A DNA stretch of 64,000 nt. Origin: Larkinella sp. Its GTDB lineage: Bacteria > Bacteroidota > Bacteroidia > Cytophagales > Spirosomataceae. The stretch is taken from NCBI RefSeq assembly GCF_965227735.1, contig NZ_OZ245776.1:760852-824851 (forward strand), written 5' to 3'. The notes under the pieces are model-generated. The model saw only the letters and a program-made list of their open reading frames with translations. It was not told where the DNA came from and did no database searches. The position numbers and the translations under genes were made by a program. Below are positions 27,868 through 37,326 of the stretch, piece after piece (position 1 is the stretch's first letter; each line of letters starts with the position of its first letter).

Positions 27868-29697
27868 TTACAACGTCTCGACCGTGCGACGGATGAACGC
27901 GGTCAGGTCGGAGCCGGAAAGCATGCCCTGTGCCAGTTTGGCCAGATCCAGGCTTTGTTTAACCAGTACCTTTTGCTCGTCTGCATTATCCAATTTCAAA
28001 ATGCGGTCGGCCAGCGGGTGGTTGGCGTTCACGGCAATGTTGTAACTATCCGGCATGGCACCGAACATACCCCGTTCGCCACTCAGCGCGGACATATCTT
28101 TCATCCGGCGGAAAAACTCGGGCAGGGTGATGATCACCGGCAGTTCGTCGGTTGGCATGGCTTCGACGGAAACCGTACCGGTTTTGCTCTCCAGCGCTTC
28201 CTCAAACAACGTTTTCAGTTTCGTTTTGTCGTCTTCCGACAGCACACTTTCGTTGTTGATCCCCTTGTCGATCAGCTTGTCAAACGTATCGGCATCGACG
28301 CGTTTCAGGCTGGTTTTTTCGAGCTTGTATTCCAGTTGATTGATGAAATGGCTGTCGATCACCGTATCGAACAGCAAGACTTCATACCCGCGTTTCCGGG
28401 CCGATGCGATGAAACCGTCCTGTTTTTGCAGATCGTTCGTATAAAGCCAGACAACCGAACCGTTTTTATCAGTCTGATTTTCCTTAACGGCTGCGCTAAA
28501 CTCCTCAAAGGTGAAGTATTTCCCGTCTACGTTTTTCACCAGACAGAAGTCCTTGGCTTTTTCGTAGAATTTCTCATCGCTGATGATACCGTATTTGACA
28601 AACAGGCCGATGTCATCGAATTTCTGTTCAAAACCGGCGCGGTCGTTGCGGAACAGTTCTCCCAGTTTATCAGCAACTTTCCGCGTGATGTACCCGTTGA
28701 TTTTCTTGACATTGCTGTCGGCTTGCAGAAAACTCCGCGACACGTTGAGCGGAATATCCGGCGAGTCGATTACGCCGTGCAGCATCATCAGAAAGTCCGG
28801 CACGATGTCTTTGACCTCGTCAGTGATGAACACCTGGCGACTGTACAATTGAATTTTTTCACGCCGGATCTGAAAATCATTTTTAACCCTTGGGAAATAC
28901 AGCACGCCCGTCAGGTTAAACGGATAATCGACATTCAGGTGAATCCAGAACAGGGGCTCTTCCGACATCGGATAGAGTTCCTTGTAAAAATTCAGGTAAT
29001 CTTCGTCGGTCAGATCAGAAGGCGACTTGGTCCAGATCGGGGCAGTATTGTTGATGGTTGCGCCATCGAATTCGATGTCGATGGGCAGAAACCGGCCGTA
29101 TTTATCCAGAATTGACCGAAGGCGGTCTTTATCCAGAAACTCTTCCGAATCAGCGGCAATGTGCAGAATGATGTCCGTTCCGTGTTCCGCGCGCTCGGCT
29201 TCCGTAATTTCAAACTCAGTCGAACCATCGCAAATCCAGCGGGCGGCTTCCGAGCCTTCCCGATACGATTTGGTGATAATTTCGACGTGATCAGAAACCA
29301 TGAAGGCCGAATAGAAGCCCAGGCCAAAATGACCGATGATCGCGCCTTTTTCGTCCAGCTTGTCTTTGTATTTTTCCAGAAATTCAGAGGCACCGGAAAA
29401 CGCAATCTGGTTGATGTACTTCTTGATTTCTTCCGCCGTCATCCCAATGCCCCGGTCGCTGACGGTGATGGTTTTGGCTTCTTCGTCGAGGGTGACGGTC
29501 ACTTTCAAATCGCCCAGCTCACCGTTAAATTCGCCGAATCCGGCCAGTTTTTTCAGTTTCTGGGATGCATCGACGGCATTAGAAACCAATTCCCGTAAAA
29601 AGATCTCGTGATCGGAATAGAGAAATTTTTTGATGATCGGAAAGATGTTTTCCGTATGAATCGAAATTTGACCTTTTTCCTGAATGGTCGAGCTCAT
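27868..29697 (-). CDS. htpG: Chaperone HtpG (Hsp90)
   Basis: FLYSDHEIFLRELVSNAVDA, IIGHFGLGFYSAFMV, IPLNVSRSFLQ. Confidence 0.98.
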   Translation of the reverse strand: MSSTIQEKGQISIHTENIFPIIKKFLYSDHEIFLRELVSNAVDASQKLKKLAGFGEFNGELGDLKVTVTLDEEAKTITVSDRGIGMTAEEIKKYINQIAFSGASEFLEKYKDKLDEKGAIIGHFGLGFYSAFMVSDHVEIITKSYREGSEAARWICDGSTEFEITEAERAEHGTDIILHIAADSEEFLDKDRLRSILDKYGRFLPIDIEFDGATINNTAPIWTKSPSDLTDEDYLNFYKELYPMSEEPLFWIHLNVDYPFNLTGVLYFPRVKNDFQIRREKIQLYSRQVFITDEVKDIVPDFLMMLHGVIDSPDIPLNVSRSFLQADSNVKKINGYITRKVADKLGELFRNDRAGFEQKFDDIGLFVKYGIISDEKFYEKAKDFCLVKNVDGKYFTFEEFSAAVKENQTDKNGSVVWLYTNDLQKQDGFIASARKRGYEVLLFDTVIDSHFINQLEYKLEKTSLKRVDADTFDKLIDKGINNESVLSEDDKTKLKTLFEEALESKTGTVSVEAMPTDELPVIITLPEFFRRMKDMSALSGERGMFGAMPDSYNIAVNANHPLADRILKLDNADEQKVLVKQSLDLAKLAQGMLSGSDLTAFIRRTVETL

Positions 29698-29893
29698 GAC
29701 AATAAAAATTAGAGTATGATTGACGCAATAAACTGATGCCCACCCGGCACCAACAACTGTTCCAGAGCATCAGAATGTGACAAGTTGGCAGTAAAAAGCC
29801 GGGAAAAGGTCAAGGGAAAATAAAAGATTGCGGTTCCTCTACTATTTTCCGGCCTGAGAAAACACCCTTTCCTATTTTTGTGTTTCGTATGCA

Positions 29894-30244
29894 ATGACAC
29901 CGCATGAGCCACCCATCTACACCGCCCTATCGCCTGTGAACCCGAAAACATATACCGACATTACAACGGAAGAAATGGAGTCACTGGTGATGGAACCGGA
30001 AACCGTCATTGTCGACGTGCGCGACGAATGGGAATTTGAAGAATTCAACATCGGCGGCCTGAACATTCCACTGGCCGAAATCCGCAGCAAACGGCATTAT
30101 CTCCTGCCATATGACAATGTCATCGTGGTCTGCACCAACGGCGTTCGAAGCCGGGTGGCGGTGAAGGATTTCTGCCGCCATCCCGAAATGGAAGAAAAAC
30201 AGTTGTACCACCTCAAAGGCGGCATTCTCGGAGCCGAAGAGTGA
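29894..30244 (+). CDS. Rhodanese-like domain protein
   Basis: IVDVRDEWEF, GGLNIPL, VVCTNGVRS active-site loop, LKGGI. Confidence 0.9.
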   Translation: MTPHEPPIYTALSPVNPKTYTDITTEEMESLVMEPETVIVDVRDEWEFEEFNIGGLNIPLAEIRSKRHYLLPYDNVIVVCTNGVRSRVAVKDFCRHPEMEEKQLYHLKGGILGAEE

Positions 30245-30248
30245 TTGT

Positions 30249-31022
30249 TTAAACCTCTACCGAACCGGTGAATACCCGAACCGCAGGGCCGATTAAATAA
30301 AGATTGCTAAAACCGCCGTCGGCAGTGGTAACGAAGGATACCCGCAAATTACCGCCCAGCGTCTGAATTGAAACCGGACTGCTCATGCCGAGTTGCTGGT
30401 GTGCAACCAAAGCCGAAGCCGTCACGCCCGTCCCGCAGGAATAAGTTTCGTCCTCAACACCCCGCTCGTAGGTTCTGACAAACAAGGCATTAGCACCGAT
30501 GGGTTGCATAAAATTGGCGTTGGTGCCACCGGGTGCAAACCGACTGTCATAGCGAACCGGCCGGCCTTCCGCTACGACATCCATCGACTCAACATCTTCC
30601 ACCACTTTCACGTAATGCGGAGAACCGGTATTCAGAAAAGCATAATCCGCCTGCTGGTCGATCCCGGCAATTTCATTCATTTTCAAGGACACTTCCGCTT
30701 CGGTGACCGAAGCCTGGTGTTCACCATCGACGGCCAGAAAACGGGTTTCTGTTTCGAACAAGCCTAAATCGTGCGCAAACCGAACAATGCAGCGTCCGCC
30801 ATTGCCACACATGCTGCCTTCCGCGCCATCCGCGTTGAAATAGATCATCTGGAAATCATACTCCGGATGATTACGGAGCAGAATCAAGCCATCGGCGCCG
30901 ATTCCGAACCGACGGTGACAAAGCCGGGCAATGCGTTCCTGCGAAACCGGGAAGGTTTCGGCACGGTCGTCGATCAGGATGAAATCGTTGCCCGTTCCCT
31001 GGTATTTGAAGAAATCGATCAT
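30249..31022 (-). CDS. dapF: Diaminopimelate epimerase
   Basis: FFKYQGTGNDF, MCGNGGRC, NTGSPH, ERGVEDETYSCGTG. Confidence 0.98.
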   Translation of the reverse strand: MIDFFKYQGTGNDFILIDDRAETFPVSQERIARLCHRRFGIGADGLILLRNHPEYDFQMIYFNADGAEGSMCGNGGRCIVRFAHDLGLFETETRFLAVDGEHQASVTEAEVSLKMNEIAGIDQQADYAFLNTGSPHYVKVVEDVESMDVVAEGRPVRYDSRFAPGGTNANFMQPIGANALFVRTYERGVEDETYSCGTGVTASALVAHQQLGMSSPVSIQTLGGNLRVSFVTTADGGFSNLYLIGPAVRVFTGSVEV

Positions 31023-31027
31023 TTCGT

Positions 31028-31078
31028 GAGTTAAGAATTAAGAGTTGGCTGACGCATACAAACTCTTAACTCTTTTTT
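31028..31078. repeat. TTAAGAG heptamer-armed hairpin upstream of dapF
   Basis: GAGTTAAGAATTAAGAGTT-ggctgacgcataca-AACTCTTAACTCTT. Confidence 0.7.
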
Positions 31079-31086
31079 TGGGGTAC

Positions 31087-31115
31087 AAAAAAAGCCGTCC
31101 GGACAGACAGCTTTC
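31087..31115 (-). terminator. Intrinsic terminator after rplS
   Basis: Minus strand GAAAGCTGTC-TGTCCG-GACGGCTTTTTTT. Confidence 0.8.
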
Positions 31116-31136
31116 TTACTGAGAAGAGGGGCAGTA

Positions 31137-31514
31137 CTACGCCTGTGGCTGTCTAACTTTAGCCTTGCGTTCCTTGATCCGTGCTGCTTTACCCTGACGA
31201 CCACGCAGATAGAACAAACGTGCCCGGCGAACGCGGCCCAGACGAACCAATTCAACTTTGTCGATATTCGGCGACAGAATCGGGAAAATCCGTTCTACAC
31301 CGATACCATTTGAGATCTTGCGTACTGTAAACGTTTCTCCGTTGGTGTTCGGATTCCGGCGTTGGATCACCGTTCCCGAATAAACCTGAATCCGCTCTTT
31401 GTTTCCTTCACGGATTTTAACATGTACATTGACTGTGTCGCCTGAATTGAAGTCCGGAAAATTGTTCCGCCGACCTGCATTCTCAGCTTCGACCAGTTTA
31501 ATTAATTCACTCAT
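31137..31514 (-). CDS. rplS: 50S ribosomal protein L19
   Basis: [51 protein letters not shown]. Confidence 0.99.
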   Translation of the reverse strand: MSELIKLVEAENAGRRNNFPDFNSGDTVNVHVKIREGNKERIQVYSGTVIQRRNPNTNGETFTVRKISNGIGVERIFPILSPNIDKVELVRLGRVRRARLFYLRGRQGKAARIKERKAKVRQPQA

Positions 31515-31557
31515 GACCGTAGATATCTTCGGGGGTATGAAATTTCCTAATAAGCCG

Positions 31558-31565
31558 CAAATATA
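31558..31565 (-). promoter_or_regulatory. -7 promoter box for rplS
   Basis: Minus strand TATATTTG followed by CGG. Confidence 0.65.
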
Positions 31566-31699
31566 GCCAAAAGATTCCGTTTTATAAATAGTTGCCCTTA
31601 AAATAAATTGATTGCCACCCGAACCGTGGAAAGTTAACGGGTTTTTAGCTAATTCGCCATCGAAGACCTGAACTCGTTAGTCCCAGTTGATCCAGCCTG

Positions 31700-33199
31700 A
31701 TGAAAATTCTAACCGTTGAACAAACCCGCACCCTCGATCAATATACCATTGAGCATGAACCCATTGCGCCCATCAACCTCATGGAAAGGGCTGCTCAGGC
31801 ATTCACCGACTGGTATACGGCCCGGTTTGACAAAACCCGTCCCGTTCGGGTTTTCTGCGGATTAGGCAACAACGGCGGTGACGGTTTGGCGATTGCGCGT
31901 TTGTTGACCCAGTTGGAATATGCCGTTCAGACGTATGTGGTCCGATACGCTCCCCGCGAATCCGACGACTTCATGCATAACCACCGGCGGATGAAGCTGA
32001 TTTCGTCTATCAATTACATTGAAAATGAACGCGATATACCGATTATCCGAAACCGGGAAGTGGTGATCGATGCCATTCTGGGATCGGGGCTTTCCCGAAC
32101 CACGGAGGGGATTGTTCAGGCCGTGATCGACGCCATCAACCACAGTCCGGCCACAGTCGTTGCGGTTGACATTGCCAGCGGTCTTTTTGCCGACACGGCC
32201 AACGGTCCCAATTCGACCATCATTCAGCCGGATTACACCGTCGCGTTTCACCTGCCAAAACTGGCTTTCCTGCAACCGACTTTGGGGCTTTACGTGGGCG
32301 AATGGCACTGGGTCGACATTGGATTGAGCCGGGTATTCATCGAACGGACACCGACGACCTATTTTTACACCACCGAACAGGAAGCCCGGCATTTGCTGCG
32401 TCCGCGTAAGCGGTTTTCGCACAAAGGATCGTTCGGGCACGCCCTGTTGCTGGTCGGCAGTTACGGGAAAATAGGGGCTGGCGTTCTCGCGTCCAAAGCG
32501 TGTTTGCGGTCGGGGGTTGGATTGCTGACGGTACAGATGCCCCGTTGTGGCTACGAAATCCTGCAAACCACGGTTCCGGAAGCCATGTGCCTGCCCGATG
32601 GCCATCTGCACATCCTGTCGGGACAGTCGGAACTGGAAGCGCCCGAGCCAGGCAGCTATTCGGCCATCGGTGTTGGCCCCGGCATTGGCACCGCTCCCGA
32701 AACGCTGACAATGTTGCGCAAATTGCTGTCGGAAGCCCAAAAACCGATGGTGATCGACGCCGATGCCATTAACCTGATTGCCCGGAATCGCGACCTGATC
32801 GATAAAATTCCGAAGAACAGCATTTTAACACCCCACCCTAAAGAGTTTGAGCGCCTGACGCGACGCTGGACGAGTGATTATGACAAACTGGGAATCCTGC
32901 GGGATTTTGCCCAGCGCAATCAGTTTGTCGTCGTTTTGAAAGGTGCCCATACGGCAATTGCCACGCCGGATGGCACTACCCATTTCAATTCGACCGGGAA
33001 TCCAGGCATGAGCACCGGCGGAACGGGCGATGTTCTGACGGGTATTCTAACGGCCCTGATCGCTCAGGGCTACGACCCAGTAGAAGCGGCAGTACTGGGT
33101 GTTTTCGAACACGGGCGGGCGGGCGACCGCGCGGCCGAACAACGCGGCCCCATTGGTCTGACGGCTTCCGACATCATCGAAGCCCTGCGGTGGGATTAA
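31700..33199 (+). CDS. nnr: Bifunctional NAD(P)HX epimerase/dehydratase
   Basis: LMERAA, CGLGNNGGDG, AVDIASG, HKGSFG, VIDADA, ILTPHPKEF, TGGTGDVL. Confidence 0.96.
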   Translation: MKILTVEQTRTLDQYTIEHEPIAPINLMERAAQAFTDWYTARFDKTRPVRVFCGLGNNGGDGLAIARLLTQLEYAVQTYVVRYAPRESDDFMHNHRRMKLISSINYIENERDIPIIRNREVVIDAILGSGLSRTTEGIVQAVIDAINHSPATVVAVDIASGLFADTANGPNSTIIQPDYTVAFHLPKLAFLQPTLGLYVGEWHWVDIGLSRVFIERTPTTYFYTTEQEARHLLRPRKRFSHKGSFGHALLLVGSYGKIGAGVLASKACLRSGVGLLTVQMPRCGYEILQTTVPEAMCLPDGHLHILSGQSELEAPEPGSYSAIGVGPGIGTAPETLTMLRKLLSEAQKPMVIDADAINLIARNRDLIDKIPKNSILTPHPKEFERLTRRWTSDYDKLGILRDFAQRNQFVVVLKGAHTAIATPDGTTHFNSTGNPGMSTGGTGDVLTGILTALIAQGYDPVEAAVLGVFEHGRAGDRAAEQRGPIGLTASDIIEALRWD

Positions 33200-33637
33200 C
33201 ACCCGTGGCGGTTTTTGATGGTAGAAATACCCGCCTTTAAAAAAGATTTCTTCCAGTCCATCGATTTTCTTACAACCATCGTAGATACGAGCGGGTCTAA
33301 CGCTGTGTAATACGTTCCCAATGGGTGTAGAAAAAAATCTACACTTACCCATCAGCTCTTGTGTATGAAAAACTAGAAAAATGCTTTCCGGCTTTTTTTA
33401 CAATACATAATAGACTGATAATCAGACAAATTTTCCTTTTGGTAAGTCAAGTCAAAAAAACGGTATTCACTGGAATAGTATTTGACTGAAGATTAAGTAG
33501 TCCACTACAACTTGAAATGTAGAAACTACCTGTTTTGAAAATCGCGTAGTTGTACGCATTTCAGAACCACCCGAATTGCCGAATTTTGTAGCCTATATCC
33601 AGCATATCCTATATCAACACCATAATTGACCATTGCC

Positions 33638-33805
33638 ATGAGAAACGTTGTCCCAAAAGAATGGAGAGCAAATCGTACAGGAGGCCGCCGTGCTCGATTT
33701 GAAATTGACCAGATTTCATTGTTAGGCGTCTTGACCGTTATGATATTTGCCTATATTCTCTTCCACTTCGTTTACCCAATCATCTCGAAAGGGTTATTCT
33801 GGTAA
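33638..33805 (+). CDS. Probable 55-aa single-pass membrane protein; absent from ORF track
   Basis: MRNVVPKEWRANRTGGRRARFEIDQISLLGVLTVMIFAYILFHFVYPIISKGLFW*; basic N-terminus plus hydrophobic helix; -7-like GAATTTTG upstream; lies in a 700-bp gap with no other credible gene. Confidence 0.6.
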   Translation: MRNVVPKEWRANRTGGRRARFEIDQISLLGVLTVMIFAYILFHFVYPIISKGLFW

Positions 33806-33906
33806 TGTAAACCGGGTAATCCACACCAAAGAATCATCCACACCAAAACAGATTTCATTAGGAAAAGCGGATTTCAAAACCGGCTGCTCCCGATGAAATC
33901 TGTTTT

Positions 33907-36045
33907 TCATTTCATCAGTTGGTAAACTAAAAAAGCGGCCCCATACGCCAGAACGCTCATGTAGGCCAACTGGATCATGGGCCACTTCCAGCCTTTGGTC
34001 TCGCGGTAAACGGTTGCAATCGTGCTCATGCACATCATTGCGAATACGTAAAAAACCAGTAACGAAAAGGCAACCGCAGGCGTATACATGGGTTCGCCCG
34101 TCTCCGGATTGATTTCTGCCGCCAGTTTTTCCCGAATCGTACTGTCGTTCCCCTCGTCGGCACTCCCGATGCTGTAGATGGTGGCAATGGTTCCAACGAA
34201 CACTTCGCGGGCCGCAAACGAACTGATGAGGGCGATGCCAATTTTCCAGTCGTAGCCCAGCGGTTTGATCACCGGCTCCAGAATTTTCCCAAATCGACCG
34301 GCATACGAGGCTTCCAGTTTCCCGGAAGCGACCCGGTTTTCCACCTGTTCAGCCGGCAGGTTGGCATATTCGCTCCGAACCCGGTTTTCGGCCTGCTCCA
34401 GCGCATCACCGGGGCCGTAGGAGGCCAACACCCACAACACAATCGAAATCGCGACGATGACCCGTCCGGCTTGCCAGACGAACGACGTGACACTGTCCCA
34501 TACCGTGATGCCGACGTGGTTCCAGAGCGGCCATTTATAGGTTGGTAGTTCCATCACAAACAGGCTTCGTTCTTTGGCTTTGATGATGAGTTTGAAAGCA
34601 TAGGCCGCCACCAGAGCCGCCACCAGCCCGAGCAGATACAAACCCATCATTACGATTCCCTGTAGATTCAGGAAACCCAGCACGGTTTTTTCCGGCACCA
34701 CCAGCGCGATCAGAATGGTGTAAATGGGCAATCGGGCCGAACAACTCATCAGGGGCGTCACCAGAATGGTAATCAGTCTCTCGCGCCAGGAACCGATGCT
34801 GCGGGTGGCCATAATAGCCGGAACGGCACAAGCCACGCCCGAAATCAGCGGCACCACACTCCGGCCATTTAGTCCAAACTGCCGCATGATGCGGTCCATC
34901 AACACCATCACCCGCGACATATACCCGGATTCTTCGAGCAGCGAAACCAGCAAGAACAGAAAGGCAATCTGCGGAATAAAAACGACGACTCCGCCCACCC
35001 CGGCAATGATTCCATCCGTTAACAAATCTGTAAGCGGACTGTCGGGAAGTTGATCGTGGAGAGTGCCATTGAGCCAGGCCACACCCGCGTCGATGCCATC
35101 GACAAAGGGTTGCGCCCAGGCAAAAATGGCCTGAAAAATCAGGAGCAAAACCGTGGCAAAAATGGCGTATCCCCAGACCGGATGCAGCAGAATTCGGTCG
35201 ATTCGCTGGCTCCAGGTCGACTGGTTGAGGGGCCGTTTGTCCGTCACGACGGTTTTGACCACTTCGCCAATGCGCTGGTACCGCCCAATGGTTTCTTTCG
35301 CCTGAAAATCGACCTCGTCGAACTGGTATTTTTCAATCAGACCGTCCAGTTTAACCCGTTGCGGTTGTCCGAGAAATGAAAAACCGTCGTGTTGGATGAG
35401 GTATTGCAGCGCGACGTAGTTGTTAGTAAGCTGGTATTGTTGCCGAACATCGGAAATCAGCCCCTTCATGTCGTGTCCGGCTAAGACCGTCGGCTGGGCG
35501 GGATCGAAAAAAAGCGTTCCCGAAACCGTCGGCTGGCCAACTTGCTGCTCGATGGCTACCTTCAACAGCTCCAGCCCCTCTCCGATACGCGCATTAATTT
35601 TCACCACCGGAACGCCCAGTTGCATCGACAATCGCACGGCGTTTATTTCCAGGTGCTGCTGCCGGGCAATGTCCAGCATATTCAACGCCATGATAACCGG
35701 CACGCCCAAATCCTGAATCTGACTGAACAACAGCAGGTTGCGGTTTAGATTGGACGCATCGACCACCACCACGGCCACGTCCGGATAATCCGGGTGCTGC
35801 GGGTTGGCCAGAATATCCGTTACGACCTGTTCGTCGACGGACTTGGGATAAATACTGTAAACACCCGGCAAGTCGATGACCGAAATTTCGGTGTTCTCAT
35901 TCAGAAAAGCCGTTCCCGATTTTTTGTCGACGGTTACACCGGGAAAGTTGCCCACTTTCTGGCGAAGGCCGGTTAATTGATTAAACAGCGATGATTTTCC
36001 GGAGTTCGGATTGCCCACGAGGGCGATGACAGGTTTTGATTTCAA
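33907..36045 (-). CDS. feoB: Ferrous iron transport protein B
   Basis: ALVGNPNSGKSSLFNQLTG, VGNFPGVTVD, DLPGVYS, LEESGYM, PLMSCSARLP. Likely TTG start at 36045; the ORF-track extension overlaps feoA. Confidence 0.97.
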   Translation of the reverse strand: MKSKPVIALVGNPNSGKSSLFNQLTGLRQKVGNFPGVTVDKKSGTAFLNENTEISVIDLPGVYSIYPKSVDEQVVTDILANPQHPDYPDVAVVVVDASNLNRNLLLFSQIQDLGVPVIMALNMLDIARQQHLEINAVRLSMQLGVPVVKINARIGEGLELLKVAIEQQVGQPTVSGTLFFDPAQPTVLAGHDMKGLISDVRQQYQLTNNYVALQYLIQHDGFSFLGQPQRVKLDGLIEKYQFDEVDFQAKETIGRYQRIGEVVKTVVTDKRPLNQSTWSQRIDRILLHPVWGYAIFATVLLLIFQAIFAWAQPFVDGIDAGVAWLNGTLHDQLPDSPLTDLLTDGIIAGVGGVVVFIPQIAFLFLLVSLLEESGYMSRVMVLMDRIMRQFGLNGRSVVPLISGVACAVPAIMATRSIGSWRERLITILVTPLMSCSARLPIYTILIALVVPEKTVLGFLNLQGIVMMGLYLLGLVAALVAAYAFKLIIKAKERSLFVMELPTYKWPLWNHVGITVWDSVTSFVWQAGRVIVAISIVLWVLASYGPGDALEQAENRVRSEYANLPAEQVENRVASGKLEASYAGRFGKILEPVIKPLGYDWKIGIALISSFAAREVFVGTIATIYSIGSADEGNDSTIREKLAAEINPETGEPMYTPAVAFSLLVFYVFAMMCMSTIATVYRETKGWKWPMIQLAYMSVLAYGAAFLVYQLMK

Positions 36046-36104
36046 GGAAACTATGGAATGAAAAAGCCGGGAACTGTCGTACAACACCCGGCCCCCTGAC
36101 GATA

Positions 36105-36347
36105 TTATTGTTCGATTAATATGGTAGCCGCTTCTGATTTCCGCATCGATAAACAGTACCCGGAAACATTCAGACAAATGGGATCTCCCAACGGCGCTTT
36201 GCAGTGAAGACACACTTCCGTGCCGGGTAAACATCCCATTTCAAGCAACTTCAGCGACATCCACTGGTCACTAAATGACTCGATTACCGCTTTTTCGCCA
36301 ACCTTTAAATCGGCGACACTGCGCTTCTGTATTTTTCGGTGGGGCAT
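36105..36347 (-). CDS. feoA: Ferrous iron transport protein A (five Cys)
   Basis: LLEMGCLPG...APLGDPI...LSMRKSEA motif; directly upstream of feoB. Confidence 0.95.
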   Translation of the reverse strand: MPHRKIQKRSVADLKVGEKAVIESFSDQWMSLKLLEMGCLPGTEVCLHCKAPLGDPICLNVSGYCLSMRKSEAATILIEQ

Positions 36348-36358
36348 TCGCGTACGAT

Positions 36359-36377
36359 ATTTAGACTCATTACAAAT
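36359..36377. promoter_or_regulatory. Putative Fur-type operator upstream of feoA
   Basis: 19-bp imperfect palindrome ATTTAGACTCATTACAAAT, 11 nt upstream of the feoA start and next to a promoter-like TTAACTTGCA on the minus strand. Confidence 0.55.
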
Positions 36378-36570
36378 TAATGCAAGTTAACGGATATCCG
36401 TTCGTTTTTACAAGAAATGTTTCAAAAAAACCGGGCTTTTCTGGCAGAGTGCGTAAACGAAAAAACTAGTTCCAATGGGTGGATTACACAAACCGGACAA
36501 ATTTTGGGAGCCTTCTTCCCTGTCCGTGAAAAAACCACCTTTGTATCAAGCTGAACTGGGGTTTGTGTTG

Positions 36571-36578
36571 TAATTTTG
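36571..36578 (+). promoter_or_regulatory. -7 promoter box for the ccm operon
   Basis: Perfect TAATTTTG. Confidence 0.55.
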
Positions 36579-36656
36579 TAGAATCTGGTACAAACACTCG
36601 AAATTCATACATTTTGACCGGATGACGGAGGGTAAAATCCCTCAGGCAATAGCGCG

Positions 36657-37325
36657 ATGCAACAGCTCAGAGTATTAATCAGCAAAGAATTTCGGTTGGA
36701 ATGGCGTCAGCGATATGCCCTGAACGGGATGCTGCTCTACATCGTCAGCACGGTTTTCGTCTGTTTTCTGAGCTTCAGCCTGCGCCGGAACCAACTGACG
36801 CCAATGGTCTGGAACGCTTTGTTCTGGATTATTCTGTTGTTTACGGCCATCAATGCCATTGCCAAAAGTTTTGTTCAGGAACGCGCCGGGCGGCTTTTAT
36901 ACTACTACACGCTGGTCAGTCCGCAGAAAATCATCCTGTCCAAAATTGTGTATAACACCCTGCTGATGCTGGTGTTAGCCGGTTTGGGCTTCGGGATATA
37001 CACGCTGGTGATGGGCGTTCCCGGTGAGGGAATGGACATGCCGCTGTTTGTGGTCAATCTGCTGCTGGGTGCCATCGGCTTTGCGGCCTCGCTGACGCTG
37101 GTTGCGGGCATTGCCTCCAAAGCCGAAAATAGTGCGACGCTCATGGCGGTTTTGAGTTTTCCGGTGGTGCTTCCTATGCTGCTTATGCTGATTCGGGTGT
37201 CGAAAAATGCACTTGATGGCTTAGACCGTAGCGTTAGTCTGGACGAAATCGGAACTTTGCTGGCGATCGATGCCATTGTTTTGGTGTTGTCGGTGTTGTT
37301 ATTTCCCTATCTGTGGAGAAGTTAA
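36657..37325 (+). CDS. ccmB: Heme exporter protein B
   Basis: KEFRLEWR, about six TM helices, LMAVLSFPVVLPML; first gene of the ccm cluster. Confidence 0.92.
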   Translation: MQQLRVLISKEFRLEWRQRYALNGMLLYIVSTVFVCFLSFSLRRNQLTPMVWNALFWIILLFTAINAIAKSFVQERAGRLLYYYTLVSPQKIILSKIVYNTLLMLVLAGLGFGIYTLVMGVPGEGMDMPLFVVNLLLGAIGFAASLTLVAGIASKAENSATLMAVLSFPVVLPMLLMLIRVSKNALDGLDRSVSLDEIGTLLAIDAIVLVLSVLLFPYLWRS

Positions 37326-37326
37326 A

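Noticed and set aside
27955-29115. 386-aa ORF antisense to htpG
   Set aside because: Shadow of a highly conserved gene caused by codon bias; no motifs.
33047-33352. 101-aa minus-strand ORF overlapping the nnr 3' end
   Set aside because: Half is antisense to nnr, no motif is recognisable, and its start lies in a hairpin (ATGGGTGTAGA...TCTACACTTACCCAT). A decayed gene cannot be fully excluded.
36046-36234. ORF-track N-terminal extensions (feoB; likewise SDR 4024, ccmC 37270, ccmE 38141, ccmF 38856, tyrA 54599)
   Set aside because: The extensions overlap neighbouring genes or translate intergenic repeats. Downstream starts match the family N-termini.
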